64,000 nt of DNA from a virus (taxonomy: Duplodnaviria > Caudoviricetes), in IMG/VR virus record IMGVR_UViG_3300044675_002599, positions 359 through 64,358 of that record; one strand, 5' to 3'. A model generated the notes under the pieces. That model had not been told where the DNA came from. It ran no database searches and worked only from the letters and a program-made list of their open reading frames with translations. A program made the position numbers and the translations under genes. The first letter of the stretch is position 1; the number at the start of each line of letters is the position of its first letter. Positions 55,777 to 64,000 of this stretch are shown here, piece after piece.

Positions 55777-58700
55777 TTTTTGATCCTCCAAATACTCCAC
55801 CTAATTTAGCTGCAAATCCTCTACCAAAACCTATTGCCTGATTTGCTGCACTAAGCAATCCACGACCTCTTCTAGCAGTTCGTATTATTGTTCCTTGTGA
55901 AGTATCACTAGGCGGTCGCCTTTGTATAGGAGCAGTTGATTGCATTCCCTGTGGCCGTTGTTTTGGTGGTTGTGGAACCGGTGTAGTTCTTGCAGTATTT
56001 ACTGGAGCACGTTGTGTTGTAGCAGCTTTACTTGCAGGTGATTGTTTTGCACCGGCTCTTGCGCCAGCAAGTGTCCTGTCTTGACGTTCTTTAATTGCGT
56101 CAGCTTGATCTTGCGCAGCTTTTTCAGCAGCAAGTTTTTCGGCAGTGATTTTATCAGCAGCTTGCCGTTTTGCCTTAAATCCTCTATCAACAGTAACACC
56201 TTTAGCTTCTGCTAATTTTTCAAGTTGTGATACAGATTTTGCTTGTTTTAAAACAAATTCAATATCTTTTGCAATCGCAGGGGTTGGAGCAGTAAATGTC
56301 AACATTGCATCTTTAAGCAATGGACTTTCAAAAGAATATGTACGTCGATTAGACGTCTGCTTAGTATCTGGCGCTGAACCTTCTGGAACTGATGCAGTTG
56401 TAACTGTAGTTGATTTTTGTCGTGGTGGTTTTTCTGCTGCAGCACGTCTTTGATCTGTACGTTTTTGTTCTGGCGTACGTCTATTTCTATCAACTGCAGC
56501 CTGTAACTCCCTAGCTTCTTGTAATGTTTTAAGTCCAGATTCTTCCAGATCAATAGGGTTACTTGCTGTACTTTCACGTTTAATTGCTGGCATATTTGCA
56601 GCAATAGATGGCTCTAGTTTTTTCCATTGACGTTCAAACGCAGTTAAGAATCTAGGGTCATTTAAACCAGTAACTGTTTTTGTTTCGGTGTCATAGCCAA
56701 TACCTAAACTACTCCATGCCTTATCGTCTCCTCCAAGACTTTTAACAAGATCTGAATTTAAAGCAACAACCTTATTAAGCACATCTTGCGGAATATTACT
56801 TGCTTGTGCACGTAAAAACTTTTGATAATCTTCTGGGTTTCCAGTCGTCTGTGCAATTGCCCAACCAGTTGTGATTACTCTTTGTAGTTTAAAATATGCT
56901 TTCTTTTGATCAAGAACATATTGTGCTTTAGGATCTAGTTCCCCTAGTGTAGGAGGCTTCTTAATTCCACTGACAGCTTCTCTAGCCTCATCAGCTAGTT
57001 GCGCCTCTGACATCTTTGTTCTTGAGGGCTTTAAATAATCAGGAACATCTACAGTCATTGCTACGGGGTCAATTTTAATTCCCCGCTTTATCATTCCATT
57101 TAATTCATCACGTAATACAGCCTTTAGCTGTACGTCTTGATCAGAATCAATTATTGTAGTTTTTAATTGCTTTAAGGCTAGTTTTACTCTATCCTTTGAA
57201 ACTGCATCTAAACTATCTACAAATGCGGCTGCGCGTTCTGCGTTGTCTGGATCAACGAGACTTTCAATTGTTTGACTAACTGACTCACCTGCTCGTTCAC
57301 GAGCGATTCTAATGTCGTCACCGCGACCCTTGCCCGGTGATATTAATATCTGACCATCTGAAACTACTTTAGTTGGCACAGAATCTGAATTGCGTTCCCA
57401 GAATGTTAACGAGGAACCACGTAACGTATCTGCATAACGATTTTTAATTTCATCAATACCAGTGCCAGAGTAATCTCCAGCCTGTATGTCCCTAGTTAAT
57501 CTGTTGGCTGAGTCAATAAATTCAGCGCGAATGTGATCCGGTATCTTACTTGCTTCAGAAGTAATAATTTCTTGTACACGTTTTGCGTTGTCTTCAGGTG
57601 ATGCGTTTGGATCTGCATTTCTATCTACGGTTTGTGATACACGTAGTAATGACCTAGTAGCATCTGCTACATCTTCAGATGCTTTTGTTGCAATGTCATT
57701 TCTACTGATTTTGGCTACTACTCGATCATCTATTCCACGAGACTTACCACGTGTGCTTGTAGCATTGTAAGAACTAGATGCCCTCATATCTCCAGTTATT
57801 GTGCCTTGTGCATCAACTGCTTCTGCGAATGCAAGAAGCCGCTTTCCTTGATCTCTATTCATTCTGCCGAGAAAACCGGCAAACTGTATATCGGACATAC
57901 CAGCAATAGAGTCTGGATCCGTAGTAGGACCCATTAAATTAGCAATATACTTTCGTCTACCTGCATAATCAGGTGCGCCTTCAGCAAGGGAGCTTACGAT
58001 CAATGAATGCATTTGCCTAGCTTGTTGAGCAATGTATCCACCGGGGATTCCATATCTATCGCCAGATAGTCCAGCTGCAAGTAAAGAGCTAGTGCGTGTG
58101 CCAACGCCATACTGCTCACGTTGACTTTGTGGAATCGTGACAGTCATTGTCATAGGCTTACCAGTTTTTGGATCTGTAGCCTGTTCGAACTCAACCTCTA
58201 AATTGCCAACTGATTTTCGTTTTTGATAGACCGGAACAACAGCATTACCATTTTTATCAATGACCACGTCAACAGCTGGAGCTTCTTTAATAAATTCTCC
58301 GTAACTACTAACTGGATTAATCTTAACTGATGTCTGCGTTGCAGCAGAAACGGTACTTCGACCTACTTGCGAATTAGCTAAATCTACGCCACCAAAATAG
58401 TTTGGAGCGTTGATTCCTTTTTTGTTGACCCATGCATCAATAATGTCAAAGCCTTGAGCAAGTCGCTGCTTTCCAGTTACTTGTTTTGGTCTTGTGAAAT
58501 CAGCTTCATCACCTGCGCCAGCTCTTTCAAAAAATGGCGATGAGTTACGACCTGCGCCAGATGAATTACTTCGATCTAACATTTCAGACGTGTCATCTAA
58601 TTTTTCAGTCAAGAATGTCTTAAATTCATTAAGGCTCTTGTATTCAGGATCTTCTTTCCCAGTTGTTTTAAGCCTGTCATCAATTTTTGAAATGAGTCCG

Positions 58701-60658
58701 CGCATTGAGTTCATCGTGTTGTCATGGAGCTTATCTCCGTAAGCAACACCGTTTTCATCAACGGTTACACGCAGTAACTGATCAAGATCTTCCATTGCTA
58801 CATCTGGATCAAAATTCTTTAATGCTAGATCTCGATCAAAGTCTCTTTTACCAAATACAGTAGTTGTCGTGTCGATACCGAATCCTCTACCAACACCTAG
58901 TAATATGTTTTCAGGATCAGGAGCATACGTTAATTCACGCTTCTTATCTTTTGTGAGAGCTGTTTGCATGTTGCTAATATTAGTTTCCATAGCAGCTCGT
59001 CTAGATGATGTATCGCCAACACCACGCGCAGCAACGTTTTCAGCAGTATCAATACCAAATTGATTTGGCGTAGATCCATAAACTTCAATATCAACACCCG
59101 GAAAATAGACTCGCTTTTGGACCTTATTCATAAATGGAGCAAGTTCTTTTGCGGCCTTGTCATCCTCATTATTGTCTAAATATATATTTGCCCTATCAGT
59201 AGCATCTGCAAATTCTTGCTCTCTGCCACGATAATCAAATGTAGTTAAATTAGCAAGTTCTCTATTAATGCCAAACATGTCTGCTATTTGTTTTGCTGCT
59301 GTGTCACTCGCGCCAGCCATACCTGCTAATCTCTTAGCATTTTCTTTATCAATGCCTTTACTTCCACGGAAAGCTGCTGTAATGCGACGGGTGATATATG
59401 TATTAAATGGATTGTCTCCTGCGATTTGAATCTTTTCACCAACATCAGATTCTTTTTTAAATCCACCAAGCAATCGCTTTACTAACATTGCTTGCTTTTG
59501 TGCACCTACCCTAAGCCCCTTACCAGATTCAGGGCCTTCTCCAGTGTAAACACCCTTTGTTGCAAGGTCAGTTAATTTAGTGATTTCACCAGATAACCAT
59601 TTACCAGCGATTACTCTGGCTGCTGTATTAAATGTACTTGTTAATTCTGTCTCAGTTAACACAGCTTTTTCAGAAGCATTAGAGAAGAACTTTTTGTAAA
59701 TAGGTATATCTTTTAACGCACTGGCTAACACTCCGCCATTATCTGGACGGCTTGTAGGAATACCAGCAGCATCAAGTTGTTGATGAGCTGATGTAAATAC
59801 ACCTACATCATCAATATCGCCATTAAGATAGGCAGACATACCAATAATGGATTGAACAGCAGAATCTTTTTGTCCTTGCTTTGCTTTTGGATCTCCAACA
59901 ATTGCTCGTGCTCTTCGCACAGCATCACTAAAAATATCTTGTTGGTTTACTCTCTCCGTAACCCCAGCTAAAGGATCTGCGCCTTCTGCAAGCATCCCGC
60001 CTTCAGTACGTGGCTGTGGTCCAGATAAAGCGTCTTTAGCTAACTTAGATGACTGCAATCCACCCGGTAAATCTGGTAAGTCTTTTAAGACAGATGCTGC
60101 GGTGCGACCTGTCTGTAAAAGCATCTTGAACTGCGAGGCAAGTTTTTTTGATCGTTGATTATCAACAAGTGTTGGGTCATTAATAACAGAAGATGGTTTA
60201 TATTGAAGTTCAGGATAAGTCTTGCCTAATGCGTCCATCTTCTCCTTTTGTGGATTAGATGTTACTGGCGTATTTATATCTGCACTGCCTGAACCCGGTA
60301 ATGATTCCATGCCTCTGCGTTCAATATCTTGAGCGAGCGCAGCATTGTCTGGATTTACTCGGTCAGCTTCCTTTGTTCCAACTGGACTTAAAATTTCAGC
60401 TAATTTTTGTCTAACAGTATCTGTGCTTGATTGATTAGCTGGCTTTGGTAATGTCGGTGCTCCACTAGGAGGCGCTGTTACTTTACGTTTAACTTGTACA
60501 CCAGCAGGAGGCTGTTGAGGCGCTCCTACTGGTGCTGGCATGGGTGCGCCAACTGGGGCAGGTTGCCCTCCCATAGAACCCGGCATCGGAGGAGTTTCCA
60601 CTGCCTTCTTTGCTGGGTCTTCATTATCTGGAATTAACAATGATCTAAGGGAGGCCAT
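55751..60658 (-). CDS. Large hypothetical protein (1635 aa) with disordered termini
   Basis: Uninterrupted ORF. P-rich N-terminus, basic C-terminus. Confidence 0.75.
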   Translation of the reverse strand: MASLRSLLIPDNEDPAKKAVETPPMPGSMGGQPAPVGAPMPAPVGAPQQPPAGVQVKRKVTAPPSGAPTLPKPANQSSTDTVRQKLAEILSPVGTKEADRVNPDNAALAQDIERRGMESLPGSGSADINTPVTSNPQKEKMDALGKTYPELQYKPSSVINDPTLVDNQRSKKLASQFKMLLQTGRTAASVLKDLPDLPGGLQSSKLAKDALSGPQPRTEGGMLAEGADPLAGVTERVNQQDIFSDAVRRARAIVGDPKAKQGQKDSAVQSIIGMSAYLNGDIDDVGVFTSAHQQLDAAGIPTSRPDNGGVLASALKDIPIYKKFFSNASEKAVLTETELTSTFNTAARVIAGKWLSGEITKLTDLATKGVYTGEGPESGKGLRVGAQKQAMLVKRLLGGFKKESDVGEKIQIAGDNPFNTYITRRITAAFRGSKGIDKENAKRLAGMAGASDTAAKQIADMFGINRELANLTTFDYRGREQEFADATDRANIYLDNNEDDKAAKELAPFMNKVQKRVYFPGVDIEVYGSTPNQFGIDTAENVAARGVGDTSSRRAAMETNISNMQTALTKDKKRELTYAPDPENILLGVGRGFGIDTTTTVFGKRDFDRDLALKNFDPDVAMEDLDQLLRVTVDENGVAYGDKLHDNTMNSMRGLISKIDDRLKTTGKEDPEYKSLNEFKTFLTEKLDDTSEMLDRSNSSGAGRNSSPFFERAGAGDEADFTRPKQVTGKQRLAQGFDIIDAWVNKKGINAPNYFGGVDLANSQVGRSTVSAATQTSVKINPVSSYGEFIKEAPAVDVVIDKNGNAVVPVYQKRKSVGNLEVEFEQATDPKTGKPMTMTVTIPQSQREQYGVGTRTSSLLAAGLSGDRYGIPGGYIAQQARQMHSLIVSSLAEGAPDYAGRRKYIANLMGPTTDPDSIAGMSDIQFAGFLGRMNRDQGKRLLAFAEAVDAQGTITGDMRASSSYNATSTRGKSRGIDDRVVAKISRNDIATKASEDVADATRSLLRVSQTVDRNADPNASPEDNAKRVQEIITSEASKIPDHIRAEFIDSANRLTRDIQAGDYSGTGIDEIKNRYADTLRGSSLTFWERNSDSVPTKVVSDGQILISPGKGRGDDIRIARERAGESVSQTIESLVDPDNAERAAAFVDSLDAVSKDRVKLALKQLKTTIIDSDQDVQLKAVLRDELNGMIKRGIKIDPVAMTVDVPDYLKPSRTKMSEAQLADEAREAVSGIKKPPTLGELDPKAQYVLDQKKAYFKLQRVITTGWAIAQTTGNPEDYQKFLRAQASNIPQDVLNKVVALNSDLVKSLGGDDKAWSSLGIGYDTETKTVTGLNDPRFLTAFERQWKKLEPSIAANMPAIKRESTASNPIDLEESGLKTLQEARELQAAVDRNRRTPEQKRTDQRRAAAEKPPRQKSTTVTTASVPEGSAPDTKQTSNRRTYSFESPLLKDAMLTFTAPTPAIAKDIEFVLKQAKSVSQLEKLAEAKGVTVDRGFKAKRQAADKITAEKLAAEKAAQDQADAIKERQDRTLAGARAGAKQSPASKAATTQRAPVNTARTTPVPQPPKQRPQGMQSTAPIQRRPPSDTSQGTIIRTARRGRGLLSAANQAIGFGRGFAAKLGGVFGGSKNATTKPKK

Positions 60659-60663
60659 ATTAT

Positions 60664-61566
60664 TTACTTGCCTTTCATCATAATCTTACGCAGATTATTA
60701 CTTGCATACATGTTGTCTCGCACACCGGGACGAGTATTTGATGGCTGAGCAACATTTTGCCCAGATGATCTCATGCCAGATGGAGTAAACGTACGTCCAT
60801 CGGCCTTGCCCTTATTATATGCCGCAACTTCATCGCCACGCTTGCTCATTCGGCCAGCCATGGCGCCAACAACGCCTGCTGCTGCAACGGCTGCTCCAGC
60901 TATACCGCGTCCACGACGAGAACCGCCACCAGCTCCGCTACCACCGCCAGATCCACTACCACCACCGGATGGAGGACGTCTAGTGACTGCGCCAGAAGTA
61001 GATGGAGTTCTTGGTGGAGGTCCGCTTTTTTTAGTTTGCGTTCGACCACGAGTATCTTTTAAATCCATCGTAGCACCAGCTGGTTTTCGCTGATCCATAC
61101 GTGCTCGCATCACATTTGCTTGATTTGCAAGACGTTGTGTATTGTCTTGGCTTGCACGTCTATCAGCACCAGTTGTTGCTTGCCTTTTATTTGCTGCTAA
61201 ATCTTTTGTCATTTGTGCACGATATTCTGCACTAACGACCGAGTTGGGTGTTTCTTTATTAACCCTTGCTGCATTTGCACGTGCAAGACCAACATATTCT
61301 GCACCTAGTCCGCCTTCAAACTGCATCCGGCGACTAGTGCTAGAAGATAAATTTGGTCCATTGCCCGGAGATTTAACTGTTTTTTCACCTGTTTGTTGAC
61401 GAGTATAACTAAACTTGTCTTTCTTTGGTGGAGTATATTTATCAGGTACGTAATCCTGCGTTTTAGCTGTAATCTCTGTCGGCCTTGGTTGCCGTGCTGC
61501 CATTGGCTTATTAGAGCCTTTAGGCGATGGTGCTGCTTTTTTACCCTTGCTAGGATCCTGTGGCAT
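60664..61566 (-). CDS. Highly basic low-complexity protein
   Basis: R/K/G/P-rich with a poly-G/S linker. GGAGG RBS before MPQDPSK. Confidence 0.7.
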   Translation of the reverse strand: MPQDPSKGKKAAPSPKGSNKPMAARQPRPTEITAKTQDYVPDKYTPPKKDKFSYTRQQTGEKTVKSPGNGPNLSSSTSRRMQFEGGLGAEYVGLARANAARVNKETPNSVVSAEYRAQMTKDLAANKRQATTGADRRASQDNTQRLANQANVMRARMDQRKPAGATMDLKDTRGRTQTKKSGPPPRTPSTSGAVTRRPPSGGGSGSGGGSGAGGGSRRGRGIAGAAVAAAGVVGAMAGRMSKRGDEVAAYNKGKADGRTFTPSGMRSSGQNVAQPSNTRPGVRDNMYASNNLRKIMMKGK

Positions 61567-61638
61567 TTTACTGTCCTCCATTTATGGTCATTGACCAGTT
61601 TTATTTGCCGTTATTCTTATTGGCAAATAAGGCTTTGG

Positions 61639-61815
61639 CTACTTACACCTACAAGGACTCATTCCACATGAGCATTTTTTACCCTTGCCGTATTCACCTT
61701 TTTCGTGCTTCATCATAGCTTTTGCGGGTAAGCCCTTTTTGCTATATTCCTTTGCTTCCATCTTCTGTGTAGACTTCTTCATGCCCATCATTTGGGCCAT
61801 AGATGCTTTTCTCAT
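61639..61815 (-). CDS. 58-aa K/M-rich protein with C-terminal CSCGMSPCRC
   Basis: Manual translation MRKASMAQMMGMKKSTQKMEAKEYSKKGLPAKAMMKHEKGEYGKGKKCSCGMSPCRCK. ATGA overlap. Confidence 0.6.
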   Translation of the reverse strand: MRKASMAQMMGMKKSTQKMEAKEYSKKGLPAKAMMKHEKGEYGKGKKCSCGMSPCRCK

Positions 61816-62063
61816 TTACAGTTCCACGCTCTCAAGGATTTATTGATACGGCTACTTGGATCATTTGCAGTTTTAGCAGATGTTAACTTCTTTTTCATGC
61901 CACCCATACGGGCACAAAAAGAAGCCTTGCGACCAGCGTCAGACTTCGTTGTCGGATTAGGAGCAGGTGGTTTAAGATTAGCTCCTGTTGTACGTTTGTA
62001 ATGCGCACGTCCAGCAGCATTTAATCCGCCAGATGGATCTTGATATCTTTTAGTAACACCCAT
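61812..62063 (-). CDS. Small basic protein, DUF6321-like
   Basis: GGLNAAGRAHY...NLKPP...SFCARMGG...SRINKSLRAWNC. Confidence 0.75.
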   Translation of the reverse strand: MGVTKRYQDPSGGLNAAGRAHYKRTTGANLKPPAPNPTTKSDAGRKASFCARMGGMKKKLTSAKTANDPSSRINKSLRAWNCK

Positions 62064-62081
62064 TTTATTTCACCTTAAGTC

Positions 62082-62087
62082 ATTATA
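62082..62087 (-). promoter_or_regulatory. -10 box (TATAAT) at the head of the late/structural operon
   Basis: TATAAT 3 nt after the terminator T-tract. TAAGGTG RBS follows. Confidence 0.5.
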
Positions 62088-62090
62088 CAT

Positions 62091-62113
62091 AAAAAAACCC
62101 GCTATATGCGGGT
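62091..62113 (-). terminator. Intrinsic terminator after ssb
   Basis: ACCCGC-ATATA-GCGGGT followed by T6. Confidence 0.8.
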
Positions 62114-62120
62114 CTTCATT

Positions 62121-62507
62121 CTATGCAAAAGGATCATCAATGTCATCCATTTTTAGTGCACCTGCTGGCTTTGGATTAGGTGGAGCGCCATCAGATTCCT
62201 TACGTGAATCTAGTAGTTGCCAGTTATCAATCATGATTTTTACTGACTGTTGCTTCACGCCTTCCTTGTTAGTGTATTGGTCAAGTTGAATCTTTCCAAC
62301 AATACCAATGAGGCGACCCTTTTGTGCATATTCTGCAAGAGCGTCTGCCTGTTGACCAAATGCAGTACAGCTAAAGAAGTCTGTTTCCTTTTCTCTGCCC
62401 TTACGATCAACTGCAACACGAATGCTACAGATTGCTTTACCCATCTGGGTCTGGCGTGTTTCTGGATCTGCCACAAGCCGACCAACAATAGTGCACTGAT
62501 TAATCAT
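62121..62507 (-). CDS. ssb: Single-stranded DNA-binding protein
   Basis: N...IVGRLVADPE, TDFF, KGRLIGIVGKI, acidic DDIDDPF tail. Confidence 0.95.
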   Translation of the reverse strand: MINQCTIVGRLVADPETRQTQMGKAICSIRVAVDRKGREKETDFFSCTAFGQQADALAEYAQKGRLIGIVGKIQLDQYTNKEGVKQQSVKIMIDNWQLLDSRKESDGAPPNPKPAGALKMDDIDDPFA

Positions 62508-63156
62508 TTAACTCTTTATCCTTATCAATCCAATACTCTTCAAAGGCTGCCGTAGTAACAGGCAACACTTTACGTAATACATTCCAACAATCCATGGCAA
62601 CATCCCAATGCTCTGACTGCGTATGCGAGCTTAACCTCACTCGGCAGTAATGCATCCAGTCGCGCACAGTCCCCTTCATATACAGCCTTGTGCCAACGCA
62701 CATAGGCAATACCATGCGAGCCGACTCTAGTGCTACACCGCTTTTTACTAGATCATCATAAGCACGTATAGCCACAAGAATAGGAGCAAGAGCCTTATTG
62801 TCCATTTCAAGTTGTGTTTCTTTATCCTCAAATAAAACGCTACTTTGCCTATTAGTGCTTCCCTTTTTACGCATAGATGGAAGGTCTAATTCGATCTTAC
62901 TAGGGTTTGCATATCTCTGGCTAAACTCTTGAAAATGAAAGCTTCTGTGTCGTAACATCTGTGCTGAAATAGCCCTAGATGTATAGATTTCCATCACCAC
63001 ATCAACCATTTCAAACACAGACCAATGGCCTTCTCTCATACAGTAGCGTAACAGTTTCTTGTATTCAGGATTATCTTCGTCATTAGATGATACACGTGCA
63101 AGGTGAATCATAAACTCTTCTGCATCTGGTTGGATATGTTTTAAGGTTGCTGCCAT
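62500..63156 (-). CDS. thyX: FAD-dependent thymidylate synthase
   Basis: GHWSVFE, RHRSFHFQEFSQRY, ESARMVLP. Confidence 0.95.
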   Translation of the reverse strand: MAATLKHIQPDAEEFMIHLARVSSNDEDNPEYKKLLRYCMREGHWSVFEMVDVVMEIYTSRAISAQMLRHRSFHFQEFSQRYANPSKIELDLPSMRKKGSTNRQSSVLFEDKETQLEMDNKALAPILVAIRAYDDLVKSGVALESARMVLPMCVGTRLYMKGTVRDWMHYCRVRLSSHTQSEHWDVAMDCWNVLRKVLPVTTAAFEEYWIDKDKELND

Positions 63157-63482
63157 TATTCAGAGATACCCATCTCTCTATTGATCCACATTTCCACATC
63201 ATCAACAAAATGATCAATAAATAACGCAGCTATTTCTGACTGGTCGTGCATTAACACCTTACTAATGCGCATTGTTTTGCCATTAACGCCATCCATATTT
63301 AATTCAATGATATATCCGGCTTCACCAAGCTTAATATATGCATTAAAACAAACCTTCTTATCGTTTACTGTAGGAGTAATAACATCCCAGTTACTATCTG
63401 CTCCGTTTTCCTTTGCAGTATCTACTAACTTAGTAATAAAAGACACCATAAGTTTATGTAACGACGATTTCTTTACAACCAT
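63156..63482 (-). CDS. Hypothetical protein
   Basis: AGGAG RBS. Coupled to thyX. Confidence 0.65.
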   Translation of the reverse strand: MVVKKSSLHKLMVSFITKLVDTAKENGADSNWDVITPTVNDKKVCFNAYIKLGEAGYIIELNMDGVNGKTMRISKVLMHDQSEIAALFIDHFVDDVEMWINREMGISE

Positions 63483-63502
63483 TTTATTCTCCTATAACCA
63501 AG

Positions 63503-63575
63503 TGTCTACGACAGGACTTGAACCTGTGGCCAATTGCTTAGAAGGCAATTGCTCTATCCGCTGAGCTACGCAGAC
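63503..63575 (-). tRNA. tRNA-Arg (TCT)
   Basis: GTCTGCG/CGTAGAC acceptor, ATTGC-CTTCTAA-GCAAT anticodon arm, GGTTCAAGTCC. Confidence 0.95.
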
Positions 63576-63578
63576 AGG

Positions 63579-63659
63579 TGCTCCAGACGGGACTCGAACC
63601 CGTACACCTTGCGGTAACAGATTTTAAGTCTGTCGTGTCTACCATTTCACCACCGGAGC
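63579..63659 (-). tRNA. tRNA-Leu (TAA)
   Basis: GCTCCGG/CTGGAGC acceptor, ACAGA-CTTAAAA-TCTGT, variable arm ACC-GCAA-GGT, GGTTCGAGTCC. Confidence 0.95.
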
Positions 63660-63667
63660 AGTGAGTT

Positions 63668-63676
63668 ATTGTATCA
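63668..63676 (-). promoter_or_regulatory. Extended -10 promoter (TGATACAAT) for the tRNA pair
   Basis: 8 nt upstream of the tRNA-Leu 5' end. Confidence 0.55.
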
Positions 63677-63683
63677 CAATGTA

Positions 63684-63923
63684 TTACATGAGATCTGATT
63701 TATCTTCATCAGTGATTGGTATGACTTCTACTCCGGGTAGTTCTGACAGTTGCCACATGATGAAGTAATTTTTAAACTGTTCGTCAGTTACTGTTTCAGG
63801 ATCAATGTTCTTTTCTTCCATCCAGAGATACAGTTTGTTGTATTTAATGTATTTAGAAATAGACTCTATAACAATGTATAGGATTGCCGATGCAATCACC
63901 CCATAGAGGAATCCTGCTATCAT
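63684..63923 (-). CDS. Small membrane-anchored protein
   Basis: N-terminal TM segment MIAGFLYGVIASAILYIVI. Confidence 0.6.
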   Translation of the reverse strand: MIAGFLYGVIASAILYIVIESISKYIKYNKLYLWMEEKNIDPETVTDEQFKNYFIMWQLSELPGVEVIPITDEDKSDLM

Positions 63924-64000
63924 TCGGTCACCACTGCTGTAGCCTTAATGATTTTTCGTTTTGTTCCACCCGTATAGGCGTATGTGCCTAGTGTGTTGAT
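63920..64000 (-). CDS. 3' end of an unknown gene entering the window
   Basis: Open frame INTLGTYAYTGGTKRKIIKATAVVTE* ending in an ATGA overlap. Confidence 0.4.
   Translation of the reverse strand: MNTLGTYAYTGGTKRKIIKATAVVTE

Noticed and set aside
20340-61671. Numerous 60-130 aa ORFs antisense to or nested in the structural genes
   Set aside because: Shadow ORFs of long coding frames, with no RBS, coupling or motif support.
1-64000. Alternative genetic code suggested by phage tRNAs
   Set aside because: Standard code gives dense, coupled ORFs up to 13 kb, all three stops are used, and no suppressor anticodon is present.

Overview
The window is most of the genome of a tailed dsDNA phage with podovirus-like architecture (P22-type portal, BPP-1-like capsid and cement proteins, tail adaptors and nozzle, very large putative ejection proteins, no tape measure or tail tube seen). 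It has three blocks. (i) 1-2880 and 61.6-64 kb, minus strand: auxiliary and nucleotide genes (SNase-like nuclease, metallophosphoesterase, dut, thyX, ssb) and three tRNAs (Asn-GTT, Arg-TCT, Leu-TAA). (ii) 3246-19433, plus strand: about 35 small early genes, then recombination and replication genes (VRR-NUC-like nuclease, Rad52-like annealase, Gam-like protein, LmbU-like protein, HTH initiator, loader, DnaB). (iii) 19413-61566, minus strand: virion, packaging and lysis genes, including 4439-aa and 1635-aa proteins. No integrase, DNA polymerase, reverse transcriptase or CRISPR array was recognised. The most unusual signals are non-coding and lie in the early region: three copies of a 29-nt H-type pseudoknot with a covarying base pair, a 63-nt tRNA mimic without an anticodon arm, a clustered CTCCCTAGWG motif, an 11-bp candidate operator at three promoters, and an iteron-like candidate origin far from the initiator gene. 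All family assignments come from motif recognition by eye. No database search was run.
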